Assembly (NCBI GenBank): GCA_963705305.1
Contig: OY970067.1
Coordinates: forward strand, 5,568,001-5,632,000
Origin: an uncultured Methylomirabilota bacterium
Lineage (GTDB): Bacteria > Methylomirabilota > Methylomirabilia > Methylomirabilales > 2-02-FULL-66-22
Length of the DNA stretch: 64,000 nucleotides
Reading direction: 5' to 3'
The notes under the pieces were generated by a model that had not been told where the DNA came from, did not search any database, and saw only the letters and a list, made by a program, of their open reading frames with translations. A program made the translations under genes and the position numbers. Positions 29,911-39,669 of this stretch are shown piece after piece. The stretch's first letter is position 1, and each line of letters starts with the position of its first letter.

Positions 29911-30013
29911 CGACCGAAAGCCGAGTTATGCTTCAACCTGAGAGACGACGACCGAGACGGCAGGATCGACCGGCACGGTCGCTTCACGCTTCCCAGGACT
30001 CTCCTTCGGAAGT

Positions 30014-30043
30014 TGCGTGGAATGGGTGTGCGTGGAATGGGTG
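30014..30043 (+). repeat. Perfect 15-bp tandem duplication (TGCGTGGAATGGGTG x2)
   Basis: 30014-30028 and 30029-30043, abutting the -35 box. Confidence 0.85.
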
Positions 30044-30072
30044 TTGACGGGCTGGCGACATAGTGCTAGATT
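30044..30072 (+). promoter_or_regulatory. sigma70-type promoter for riboswitch 2
   Basis: TTGACG-17 nt-TAGATT with extended TG. Confidence 0.7.
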
Positions 30073-30078
30073 TATTTT

Positions 30079-30125
30079 GGCGACGGAGTCTGCCTAGGCG
30101 CTGATCCGGCGATGATGACTCCTAC
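30079..30125 (+). ncRNA. Fluoride riboswitch (crcB motif) aptamer 2
   Basis: GGCGACGGAGTCTGCC...TGATGACTCCTAC; GGAGTC/GACTCC pseudoknot; P2 stem less clear. Confidence 0.75.
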
Positions 30126-30356
30126 CGGAGTGTAGCCAGCTTCGGGAGGGGTTCTCGGATGTTCACGACGCGACTAGCGGCGATCGACCACCCCCCAGAA
30201 CCTCTGTCTTATGTCTTATAGCCCCCCTATCACGATCCCGGGTCTAGAACTATCTTCCGACAAGTTCGGGAGAAGGAGGACCACTCCCTTCTGGCGAGGC
30301 CGCCCCAGCCGCGCTTTCCCTCGTTTGGCACCGTGAGACGGGCGCTCTTTGGACTT

Positions 30357-30904
30357 ATGAAGGGCGGCACAGTTATCGTTGATTGCCTGGCCGAGCGTTG
30401 GCTTAAGGGGAGGGGGGGCCAGCGCTGGGGAAGCCGAGGGGGAGGCTGGATTGAGTCCGGAGATGATCGTGCTCCGCACCTTCAAATGCTGAAGATCGAC
30501 GCGGCCATCTTTTCGCCCGGCTGGAGGAACATCCGGGCGTCCAACTGGAGGTCCTGCGGTCGGCGTTGGTCGAGGCCTGCGCCGGATGGCGGGGCGCGCT
30601 GTTTCTTGGGCGAGGGGTGGAGGAACTCCTTCGCGGCCGGGTTGCCTCTGGGCGCGTGCACGTCATCGCCCCTTTCGAACTGCGGGTCGGACGGATCGAG
30701 CGGCAGGTGAATGTCTCGCGGTCGCGAGCCGAGGAGCGCGTGCGCCGGAGTGACGAGGAGAACGCCTGGTTCTACCGGACATTCTTCGGAATCGATTGGG
30801 GTGACCTACGGCGGCCGGACATCGTGATCGACACGGGGACGGTCTCCGTCGCGGAGGGGACGAGCCTGCTCATGGATGGGCCCATGCTTCGCCAGCCCCG
30901 ATGA
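30357..30904 (+). pseudogene. Cytidylate-kinase-like family protein, N-terminally degraded
   Basis: C-terminal LGRG...HVIAPFELRV.RI...RRSDEE..FYR.FFGIDWGD..DIVIDTG; no in-frame P-loop; 5' boundary uncertain. Confidence 0.55.
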
Positions 30905-31002
30905 TGTGCCGAGTCGGCCGAGCGACGGACCTCATTTCCCCAGGCGTCTTCCTTTGCGGCGGGCAGAAATCCTCCAGCCCGCAGTACACGAGGTAGAGTG
31001 GA

Positions 31003-32499
31003 ATGACAGCACAATCCCTAGAGGGCCGTCTGCGCGATCTCCTGGCCGCGAAGACACCCGTTTTGCTGGTCGTTTCAGACGATGAGGAGCGAGTTGACGA
31101 GGCGATCCGGACAAGCCTCGCCACCTTGCCTGCGGGAATCGAGGCCTGGTCGTGGACGGTTACCGAGGGCCTGCGGACGAGTCAAACCATCATTCAGGGC
31201 ACCGCGGGTGTCGCAGACGCGCTGAATGCTGCCACCCGGTTGGATCGGTCCGCCGTCTTCTTTTTCAAGGACCTTCATCTCCTGCTGGACAAGCACGACC
31301 CCTGGCTGATCCGCCGGCTAAAGGATCTGGCCGCCTCCTTCCGTGTCCAAGGAAAGGCCCTTGTTTTCCGGTCGCCGAGCATCGTCCTCCCCGACGATCT
31401 GGTCCCCACGGTGGTGGTGGTGGAGGATGCACCCCCGACGCGGACCGAGCTGATGGCTTTGCTCCGGGAATGGAAGGGATCGGCGAAGCAAGATCAGGGG
31501 CCCCCGGCCCCGGATCTTGCCGAGGGCTTCCTTCGAGCTGCCGCGGGCCTCCGACTGTACGAGGTTCGCCGCATCCTGAATCGAGCCCAGCCACAATCAC
31601 CCGGCGCGGAGGATTGGCTTCTCGCCGGACTCGTGGAGGAAAAGGCCCGGTTCGTCAATCGGAGCGGCCTCCTCGAATATGTCCCCTCCGATCTCACCCT
31701 CGAGCGGGTGGGGGGGCTGCAGAACTTCAAGGGGTGGTTGCAGCAGGAGAACACGTCTTCACTGAGGCGGCTCAGCGAGTGGGGCTGAGTCCCCCCCGGG
31801 GCGTTCTCCTAATGGGCATCACGGGCTATGGGAAGAGTGTCGCCATCAAGGCCGCGGCCAGCTTTTGGAAGCTGCCGCTTCTCAGGTTGGACATGACGCG
31901 GCTCTATGGGGGAGAATTTGGCGCGCCGGAAGAGGCTGTCCGCCAGGCCATGCAGCGCGCCGAATCCCTGGCACCGTGCGTCCTGGATGGACGAGATGGA
32001 AACAGGGATCAGCCTGGCCGGCCACAAGGCCGATGGGGGGGCCGCTTCTCGCATCCTGGGATACTTCCTCACCTGGATGCAGGAACGGCGCGCCCCGGTC
32101 TTCGTCGGCGCGACCGCCAACGCCATTGACCTTCTTCCAGCCGAGGTCTTCCGCAAGGGCCGCTTTGATGAGATCTTCTACGTCAGCCTGCCAGGTAAGG
32201 CAGAACGGCAAGAGATCTTCCAGACCCACCTGGCAAGGCGCGGAATCAATCCGGGGGGGATGGATCTGGACCTTGTCGTCTACGGGTCCAAAGGCTACAG
32301 TGGGTCTGAGATCGAGCAGATCGTGGCCGCCGCCCTGATCGCTGCCCAGTCTGAGGGCCGCGCCCCCACCGATTCGGACTTGGCGACCTCGCTTTCGCGG
32401 ACCGTCCCGATGTCCGTCACCATGGCCGAGCAGATCAAGCGCATAGAGGCATGGGCCTTCCATCGCGCCGTGCGGGCCTCGCCCGAAGACCGGAGCTGA
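31003..32499 (+). pseudogene. Ycf46-like AAA+ ATPase, split by two frameshifts
   Basis: VGGLQNFKGWL (frame 1), [15 protein letters not shown] (frame 2), [24 protein letters not shown] (back to frame 1); shifts near 31747 and 31984. Confidence 0.8.
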
Positions 32500-32560
32500 C
32501 CGATGCGCTGCCATTGCGGTCAACAGCTGGTCGCTGTGAGTGAACTGTTCGGAATGAGTA

Positions 32561-32589
32561 TTGACGAGGTGGGGACAGGATGCTAAATT
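32561..32589 (+). promoter_or_regulatory. sigma70-type promoter for riboswitch 3
   Basis: TTGACG-17 nt-TAAATT with extended TG. Confidence 0.7.
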
Positions 32590-32595
32590 TCATTT

Positions 32596-32643
32596 GGCAA
32601 TGGAGTCTGCCTGAGTGCGTTCCCCGACGCTGATGACTCCTAC
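32596..32643 (+). ncRNA. Fluoride riboswitch (crcB motif) aptamer 3
   Basis: GGCAATGGAGTCTGCC...GCGT/ACGC stem...TGATGACTCCTAC; upstream of enolase. Confidence 0.85.
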
Positions 32644-33075
32644 CGAACTCGACCGGGTTACGGCAGGAGGAGTCGGATAGTTGCAGCGCAATCGGGGAAA
32701 GCGCGTTTCTGTGTTTACCTCTTCCCTCCCTGCTTTCCCGTTGGAAGCGTAATCCGTCTGCCCGGCCGCATGGGTTGTCCTGCGCATGATCCGAAGGAGG
32801 ATCGGCGAACCCCTGTGCGCTGGCAGTCTTGCCGGAGCTGATCACGGACCGGGCGATGATTGCGAAATGGCTCGGGGCTGTCGAAGCGCTTCTGTCCGAC
32901 TGCAATGAGGTGCTCGCGCCCACCGGGGGGAGGCACATCCTTTTTCGTAGCCAGCCGAGGCGCGGCCTTTCAGATTCCACCCGAGCCATGATTCCTCTGC
33001 CAATGATGCCGGCAAACTGGCGGCCGCCGGATGGCGCCGCTCGCTCACTCGGGGCTGTATAGAAAGGAGACGCAG

Positions 33076-34344
33076 ATGGGAGACAAGATCAAATCTGTCC
33101 GCGCACTGGAGATTCTCGATTCGCGCGGGAACCCCACGCTTCGCGTGCAGGTGGGGCTGGAGAGCGGCATCCTCGCCTCGGCCTCGGTGCCCTCCGGCGC
33201 CTCGACCGGAGAGAACGAGGCACTGGAGCTCCGCGACGGCGACAAGAAGCGCTACGGCGGGAAGGGCGTCCTCAAGGCGGTCTCGCACGTCACCGAAAGG
33301 ATTGCCCCGGCGCTGCGTGGCATGGATCCCACCCGCCAGGCGGAGATCGATGCCCGGATGATCGAGTTGGACGGGACCCCCAACAAGGGCGCACTGGGGG
33401 CCAATGCCATCCTGGGGGTCTCGATGGCCGTGGCCCGCGCGGCCGCCCTGAGCGCCGGCCTGCCGCTCTACGCCTACCTGGGAGGGCCCGGCGCCGTCCG
33501 GCTTCCGGCCCCGATGATGAACATCCTCAACGGGGGAAAGCACGCGGACAACAGCGTGGACTTCCAGGAGTTCATGGCGATGCCCGTCGGCGCGCCGACC
33601 TTCGCCGAGGCCCTGCGGTACGGCGCGGAGACCTTCCACGCGCTCAAGGCCATCCTGCATCGGAAGGGGTACGCTACCAGCGTCGGGGACGAAGGGGGGT
33701 TCGCCCCCAACCTCAAGAGCAACGAGGAGGCCTGTGAGGTCATCCTGGAGGCCATCCAGGCGGCAGGCTACACGCCTGGGAAGGACGTTGCCATCGCCCT
33801 GGATCCGGCGGCCAGCTCCTTCTTTGAGGGAGGCGCCTACAACCTGGTCAAGTCGGGCCAGGGAAAGAAGACCAGCACGGAGATGACGGCGCTGTATCGC
33901 TCGTGGCTGGACAAGTACCCCATCGTCTCCATCGAGGATGGCCTGGCGGAAACCGACTGGCACGGATTCCGCGAGCACACTGCCGCGCTGGGTGGCCGCG
34001 TCCAGATCGTGGGCGATGACATCTACGTCACCAACACCCGGTTCATCGCGCGGGGCATCCAGGAGCGCACGACGAACGCCGTGCTCATCAAGCTGAACCA
34101 GATCGGGACGGTCACCGAGACGATTCGGGCGATCGAGATGTGCCGGAAGGCCGGGTGGGGCTACGTGGTCTCCCACCGGTCCGGCGAGACCGAGGATGCC
34201 TTCCTGGCGGATTTCGCCGTGGCCATGGGCGGGGGCCAGATCAAGACCGGCTCGGCCTGCCGGAGCGAGCGGATCGCCAAGTACAACCGCCTCCTGGAGA
34301 TCGAGGCGGAGCTGGGAAAGACTGCGGTGTATGGAAAGGCATGA
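33076..34344 (+). CDS. eno: Enolase (phosphopyruvate hydratase)
   Basis: [65 protein letters not shown]. Confidence 0.97.
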   Translation: MGDKIKSVRALEILDSRGNPTLRVQVGLESGILASASVPSGASTGENEALELRDGDKKRYGGKGVLKAVSHVTERIAPALRGMDPTRQAEIDARMIELDGTPNKGALGANAILGVSMAVARAAALSAGLPLYAYLGGPGAVRLPAPMMNILNGGKHADNSVDFQEFMAMPVGAPTFAEALRYGAETFHALKAILHRKGYATSVGDEGGFAPNLKSNEEACEVILEAIQAAGYTPGKDVAIALDPAASSFFEGGAYNLVKSGQGKKTSTEMTALYRSWLDKYPIVSIEDGLAETDWHGFREHTAALGGRVQIVGDDIYVTNTRFIARGIQERTTNAVLIKLNQIGTVTETIRAIEMCRKAGWGYVVSHRSGETEDAFLADFAVAMGGGQIKTGSACRSERIAKYNRLLEIEAELGKTAVYGKA

Positions 34345-34567
34345 GCGGGCGGTCTCCGCTGGGGATACCGTGGACCCGACACCCCTGGAGGATCACGCAG
34401 CCCTGATCAAGGTGGTCGACAGGCGCAGCGGCTGAGATCATCCACGGCGCGGCCAAGTCGGATAGATTCGTGCGACAGCTCTGGCGGCGCGACGGACGTG
34501 AACGGGTGTCTGCCGGCCGCCGCGCGGCCGGACGATTCCGGGCACCTGAACGGAGGCAGACATCCTG

Positions 34568-34864
34568 ATGGCGATCTCGATCGAGTGGGTCCAGACCCAG
34601 GTCAAGGCATGGGTCGTGGGCGAGGATCCCGAGGTGGAGGTGCAGACGCTGCCGCCTCGCGACGATTCTCGGCAGACTGGCCAAATCGTCCCTGTCCGCC
34701 TCCAGCGCCATGGTTATCGGATGACCGTGGCTTTTCCCGAGGATACCTTCTCGGGATCGCCGCTTCCGGAAGCCACGCGCCGGACACTCGGACAGATCAT
34801 CCGACTCCTCCGATACATGGAAAAACGGCATCTGCCTCGCCCCGGGACAACCGACCACGAATGA
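34568..34864 (+). CDS. Small hypothetical protein
   Basis: ORF with GGAGG upstream, between eno and the hyf-like operon. Confidence 0.5.
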   Translation: MAISIEWVQTQVKAWVVGEDPEVEVQTLPPRDDSRQTGQIVPVRLQRHGYRMTVAFPEDTFSGSPLPEATRRTLGQIIRLLRYMEKRHLPRPGTTDHE

Positions 34865-34979
34865 CGAAACCGGGCACCATACCGCCTACGGGGTCGGCCA
34901 ACGCCCTTTAGTACAATACAGCCACAGACCGTCCGCCAGGCCGGGGTGACCCCACGCCGCGGCCAGGGGAGAACAGCGT

Positions 34980-35930
34980 ATGACAAACCGGATCCTTTTC
35001 AACCTCTTGCAACTCCTCGTCGTCGGGGGTTTTGCGCCGCTGGTCGCCGGCGTCCTCAGTCGCGGGAAGGAGATCGTCCAGTCCAAGCGCGGTCCCAGCA
35101 TCTTCCAGCCGTACCGGGACCTGTGGAAGCTGTTTCACAAGGACGAGGTGGTCTCCGAGCATAGCTCGTGGATCTTTCGCTTCACGCCGTATCTGGTCTT
35201 CGTGACGCCGCTCTTCGTCACGCTGCTGATCCCCGTGCTGACCAGCTATCCGCTCTTCTTCGCCTTCATGGGGGATATGCTGGGCGGCGGGTTCGTCCTG
35301 GCCTTGGGCGGCTTCTTTGCCGCGTTGGCCGCCGTGGACACGGCCAATTCGTACGGCCCCGTCGGCGCCAGCCGCACGCGCATGGTCGGCTTCCTGGCCG
35401 AGCCGGTGTTCATGATCGTCTTCTTCACCGTCTCGTTCGTCGCGAATTCCACCATTCCCTACATCGTCCAGCAGCGGTGGGTCACGCCCCTGGCCAATTT
35501 CTTCGCCCCGTCACACGTGCTGCTCCTGCTGGCGTTTCTCATGCTGATCCTCGCCGAAGGCGGGCGCATCCCTGTGGACAACCCGACCGGCCATTTCGAG
35601 CTGGCCATGATCGACGAATCGAAAGGGCTCGAGTACTCGGGGCGCGGCGCGGCGCTGATGAAGTGGGGAGGCCAGATGAAGTTCTTCGTGCTGCTCTGCA
35701 TCTTTCTCAATGTGCTCGTGACCCCCTGGGGCCTGGCCGCCGGACAGGCATGGGGCGAGGTGCTGCTGGCGATTCCCCTGGTGCTGTTCAAGCTCCTCCT
35801 CCTGGCGGGGGTGCTGATCGTCATCGAATCCTCGCTGGCCAAGCTCCGGCTGTTTCGCATCGCCGAGTTCCTGGGCGCGGCCTTCATCACGTCGGTGCTG
35901 GCGATGACCGCCAGCATCTTTGCCTTCTGA
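34980..35930 (+). CDS. hyfC: Hydrogenase-4/Ehr membrane subunit (HyfC/HycD, NuoH-like)
   Basis: RGPSIFQPYRDLWKL, GASR, EGGRIPVDNP, ELAMI, EYSG, AKLRLFR. Confidence 0.85.
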   Translation: MTNRILFNLLQLLVVGGFAPLVAGVLSRGKEIVQSKRGPSIFQPYRDLWKLFHKDEVVSEHSSWIFRFTPYLVFVTPLFVTLLIPVLTSYPLFFAFMGDMLGGGFVLALGGFFAALAAVDTANSYGPVGASRTRMVGFLAEPVFMIVFFTVSFVANSTIPYIVQQRWVTPLANFFAPSHVLLLLAFLMLILAEGGRIPVDNPTGHFELAMIDESKGLEYSGRGAALMKWGGQMKFFVLLCIFLNVLVTPWGLAAGQAWGEVLLAIPLVLFKLLLLAGVLIVIESSLAKLRLFRIAEFLGAAFITSVLAMTASIFAF

Positions 35931-35942
35931 CGAGGAGACCCC

Positions 35943-36635
35943 ATGTTCAGCGATCCCGCATCTGCGGCATGGCTCAGCCACCTCAACGCCCTTGCCGGCG
36001 GGCTGTTCCTACTGGCCACCTTCGGCATGGTGGCCACGCGTCAGGTGCAGGCCTGCCTGCGCATTTTCATCGCCCAATCGCTCTGTCTCGCCGCGTCCGC
36101 GTTCCTCCTGAGCCTTGGACTCCAGTCGTGGCATGTCTTCGCCGTAGGGATGATCGACGTCATCAGCAAGCCGCTGGCAATCCCCTGGCTGCTCCGACGG
36201 ACGGTGCGGGGAGAGGTGTACAGCCGGCGCGAGATCGACCAGCTGGTGAACATCCCCACGTCGCTGCTGATCGCCCTGGCGCTGGCCATCGCCGCGTATT
36301 TCTTGGCGCTGCCCCTCCTCACCGTGGCGGACGGGGCATACGTGCGCGTCAACCTGCCCATCGCCATCGCGGGCCTGCTGGTGGGCGCATACACCGCCTC
36401 CGTGCGGCGTGAGGCCGTCCCGCTGCTGCTGGGCTTGCTGGCGATGGAGAACTCGGCCTTCTTTGCGGGGATCGCCATCGCCCCGGGGCTGCCCCTGATC
36501 GCCGAGCTGGCCTTCACCTTCGACGTGCTGATCCTGTCGTTCATCGCGGGCGTATTGACCCGCACCATTCACCAGCACATCGGCACCACGGAGGTCGGCA
36601 CGCTCGCCGCCCTCAGAGAGGGACCCAAACCATGA
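35943..36635 (+). CDS. hyfE: Hydrogenase-4/Ehr membrane subunit E
   Basis: Hydrophobic; LLAMEN, PLIAEL..FDV; position in operon. Confidence 0.8.
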   Translation: MFSDPASAAWLSHLNALAGGLFLLATFGMVATRQVQACLRIFIAQSLCLAASAFLLSLGLQSWHVFAVGMIDVISKPLAIPWLLRRTVRGEVYSRREIDQLVNIPTSLLIALALAIAAYFLALPLLTVADGAYVRVNLPIAIAGLLVGAYTASVRREAVPLLLGLLAMENSAFFAGIAIAPGLPLIAELAFTFDVLILSFIAGVLTRTIHQHIGTTEVGTLAALREGPKP

Positions 36636-38065
36636 GTCTGCCCATCATCTTGGGCTTGCCGCTCTTGGCGGCGGCGGTGTCCTGGCTGCCGTTCGGCTGG
36701 CGCGTGGTGGCATCCGCCACACTCGCATCCGCCGTCGCGGTCCTGGTCCTGGCCGTCCGCGCGGCGCTGACCGTCGCCGGCGGCACGCCGCTCGTCGCCG
36801 TTCCGGACTGGATCGCGCTGGATGGCTTCGGCGCCCTCCTGCTGGTCCTGGTTGCCGTGGTCGGGGCGACCGCGGCACTGTTTTCGTGGGGATACATGGG
36901 CCGGCACGATCACACGGCTGGTCGGTTACGCTCGTACTACCTCCATTTCAACCTGTTCCTGTTCGCCCTCGTCGCCGCGCCGGTCGTGGCCGAGCCGAAC
37001 CTGGCGTGGATCGCCGTCGAGCTGACCGCGCTCTTCTCGGTGCTGCTGGTGGCCTTCGAGAACACGCACGAGGCGCTGGAGGCGGGCTGGAAGTACATCG
37101 CATTGATGTTCATGGGGGCCGCGATCGCGCTGCTGGGCTTCCTCATTCTCTTCTGGGCCTTTCAGCAGGGTGGGGGCGGGCCGTATTCCTGGGCGACGCT
37201 GCGCGCCGCCGCCCCCCGGTTGCCGCCCACGCTGGTCGAGGCCGCCTTCCTGTTGATTCTCGTCGGCTTCGGCACCGAGGTGGGGTTCGTGCCGCTTCAT
37301 ACCTGGCTGCCCGACGCCCACAGCCAGGCCCCGTCCCCCGTCTGCGCCCTGCTCTCGGGGGTCAAGACCACGGTCTCCCTCTACGTGATCCTGCGCCTGG
37401 TGCCTTTGCTGCCGGAACGCCAGGCGCAGCCATGGCTCCTGGCCGTGGGGCTCATCTCCGTGGGTGCCGCGGCCTTTCTCCTGCTCCAGGTGGACGATTA
37501 CAAGCGCCTGTTCGCCTTTTCCACCGTGGAGCACATGGGAATCATCGCCGCCGCCGCCGGGCTAGGCACGGCCGGCGGCTACTACGGGGCCATGTTCCAA
37601 ATGCTCACCCATTCCCTGGCCAAGTCCTTCTGCTTCCTCGCCTCCGGGGCGGCCTTGCTGGCGGTGCGGACTCGGCGGATCGGCGCCGTCCGCGGATTGG
37701 CCCGGACGTCGCCGCCGGCCGCTGTGGCCATGCTGTTTGGGGGGCTCGTGGTGGCCGGGGCGCCGCCGTTCGCCGTCTTCCTGAGCGAGCTCACGATCTT
37801 CAGGGCCGGCCTGGCGGCCGGGCGCTACGTCGTGACGGGGCTCCTGGCCCTCTTCATTGCCATCGCCTTCTTCGCCACGCTTTTGCACCTGAACCGCATG
37901 GTGTTCGGTCCTCCCGCGGCCAGTTCGACGGCGCCGCCGCGCCTACCCGGAAGCTGCTTCCTGGCGCTCATCCTGGCTGCGATGCCCCTGGCGCTGCTGG
38001 GCGTCTACCTCCCGGCGCCCATTCATCAACTCTTGCAGGCGGCCGCGGCCGCCCTGACGAGGTGA
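36632..38065 (+). CDS. hyfF: Hydrogenase-4/Ehr antiporter-like subunit F
   Basis: WIAVELT, EAGWKY, PLHTWLPDAHSQAP, KRLFAFSTVEHMG. Confidence 0.85.
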   Translation: MSLPIILGLPLLAAAVSWLPFGWRVVASATLASAVAVLVLAVRAALTVAGGTPLVAVPDWIALDGFGALLLVLVAVVGATAALFSWGYMGRHDHTAGRLRSYYLHFNLFLFALVAAPVVAEPNLAWIAVELTALFSVLLVAFENTHEALEAGWKYIALMFMGAAIALLGFLILFWAFQQGGGGPYSWATLRAAAPRLPPTLVEAAFLLILVGFGTEVGFVPLHTWLPDAHSQAPSPVCALLSGVKTTVSLYVILRLVPLLPERQAQPWLLAVGLISVGAAAFLLLQVDDYKRLFAFSTVEHMGIIAAAAGLGTAGGYYGAMFQMLTHSLAKSFCFLASGAALLAVRTRRIGAVRGLARTSPPAAVAMLFGGLVVAGAPPFAVFLSELTIFRAGLAAGRYVVTGLLALFIAIAFFATLLHLNRMVFGPPAASSTAPPRLPGSCFLALILAAMPLALLGVYLPAPIHQLLQAAAAALTR

Positions 38066-38072
38066 GCCGCCG

Positions 38073-39650
38073 ATGAACCTGACCGAGGTACAGACGCACA
38101 TCGCCCGGCGCTGGTCGGGGCTGGCCGAGAGTCGGCTGGAGGGCTGCCCGCCCCTTTTGGAGGTGACCTCCGCGCCCCGGGCTCTCCCCGACATCTGCGG
38201 ATGGCTCTTCAGCGACTTGGGGTACAGCTTCGCCGGCTTGATCGTCGAGGAGGGGCCGTCCCAGTGGGAGCTGCGCTACCCGTTCTACGGCGAGGGGGAG
38301 GCCGCCTGGGTCCACGTGCTCGTCCGCCGGCCGCTGGACGAGGCCAGGCTTCCCAGCATCAGCGAACCCGTCCACGCAGCGGACTGGCATGAGCGCGAGG
38401 CGGAGGACCTGTTCGGTCTGGTCTTCGAAGGCCATCCCCGGCTGGGGGACTTCGTGCTGCACGATGACCGGTGGCAGGAGGGCGTGGAGCCCATGCGCCG
38501 CTCCTTTTCCGCGCACCGACCCCTGGCGGAGCGCCACCCCAACGTCAAAAGGCGGCCGCGCCGGATTGTGCGGGCCCCGGGCGCGTTTGCGATGCCGATT
38601 GGGCCGGTGTTCGCCGGCCAGGCCGAGGCTGTCCACTTCCTGCTGGAAACGGTGGGGGAGGATGTGATCCGCGCCATCCCTCGCCTCTTCTACAAGTATC
38701 GCGGCATCGAGAAGCTTGCCGAGGGGCGTTCGCTGGAGGAGACCCTGCTGCTGGCGGAGCGGTTCTGCGCCACCTCCGCCTTCGCCCACGCCCTGGGGTT
38801 CTGCCTGGCCGTCGAGGCGATCGCCGGCGCGGCGGCGCCGGCGCGCGCCCAAGCCCTGCGTGTCATGCTGGCAGAGCTGGAGCGCTTCCGCCATCATGTG
38901 GCGGCGATCCAGGCGATCTGCGAATCCACGGCGCTCGCCGTCGCCGCCAGCCAGGCGGCCATGCTCGAAGAGGATCTGCTGCGGCTCAGCGGGGCGCTCT
39001 CCGGCCATCGATACCTGTTCGGTCTGCTGACGCCCGGCGGGCTCACGCGCGACTTCGAAGACGCCGCCTGCCGGACGGCGGTCGGTGGCGTCCGGGTGGT
39101 CCTGAGCCGCCTGGTGGAGATTCAGCAGATGCTCCAGTTCTCCAGCAGCTTTCTCGACCGGATCGAGCAGGTCGGCATCACCCCGGAGAAGGAGGTGCGC
39201 CTGCACGGCCTCGTGGGTCCGGTGGCGCGCGCCGCCGGCGTGGCCCGCGATCTCCGACGGGCCCAGCCCTACTGCGGCTACGATGCGCTCCCCTTCGAGG
39301 TGCCCTGCGAGTCCGAGGGAGATGGCTACGCGCGACTTCGGGTGCTGTTCGCCGAGGCCGCCCAGTCGGTGCGGCTGATGGAGCAGGCGGCGGCCTTGCC
39401 GGGAGGGCCGGTGCTGGCCCCTGTACAGATGCGGCCAGGGGCCGCCATGGGCTGGACGGAGGCGCCTCGGGGCGCAGCGCTTCACTGGGTACGTATCGGG
39501 GAGGACGGCCAGGTGGCTCGCTACCGGATCATGCCGCCCTCGTTCGCGAACTGGCACGGATTTCACGTGGCCGCCGAGAACTTCGCCTTCCAGGACTTCC
39601 CCATCATCCTGGCCACCTTCGATCTGTCGGTGGCGGAAAACGACCGGTGA
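38073..39650 (+). CDS. hyfG: HyfG/HycE-like large subunit (NuoC+D fusion) lacking NiFe-binding cysteines (Ehr type)
   Basis: WHEREAEDLFGL, YKYRGIEK, ELER, EAPRG, PSFANW; no RxCGxC or DPCxxC. Confidence 0.85.
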   Translation: MNLTEVQTHIARRWSGLAESRLEGCPPLLEVTSAPRALPDICGWLFSDLGYSFAGLIVEEGPSQWELRYPFYGEGEAAWVHVLVRRPLDEARLPSISEPVHAADWHEREAEDLFGLVFEGHPRLGDFVLHDDRWQEGVEPMRRSFSAHRPLAERHPNVKRRPRRIVRAPGAFAMPIGPVFAGQAEAVHFLLETVGEDVIRAIPRLFYKYRGIEKLAEGRSLEETLLLAERFCATSAFAHALGFCLAVEAIAGAAAPARAQALRVMLAELERFRHHVAAIQAICESTALAVAASQAAMLEEDLLRLSGALSGHRYLFGLLTPGGLTRDFEDAACRTAVGGVRVVLSRLVEIQQMLQFSSSFLDRIEQVGITPEKEVRLHGLVGPVARAAGVARDLRRAQPYCGYDALPFEVPCESEGDGYARLRVLFAEAAQSVRLMEQAAALPGGPVLAPVQMRPGAAMGWTEAPRGAALHWVRIGEDGQVARYRIMPPSFANWHGFHVAAENFAFQDFPIILATFDLSVAENDR

Positions 39651-39669
39651 TTGTGAGAGAGGACGGGAC

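Noticed and set aside
32829..33062. Possible small ORF between riboswitch 3 and eno
   Set aside because: TTG start, no clear SD and no recognisable motif.
38073..39650. Call as a true [NiFe] hydrogenase / formate hydrogenlyase
   Set aside because: Both CxxC nickel-binding motifs are missing and no maturation genes or FDH are in the window.
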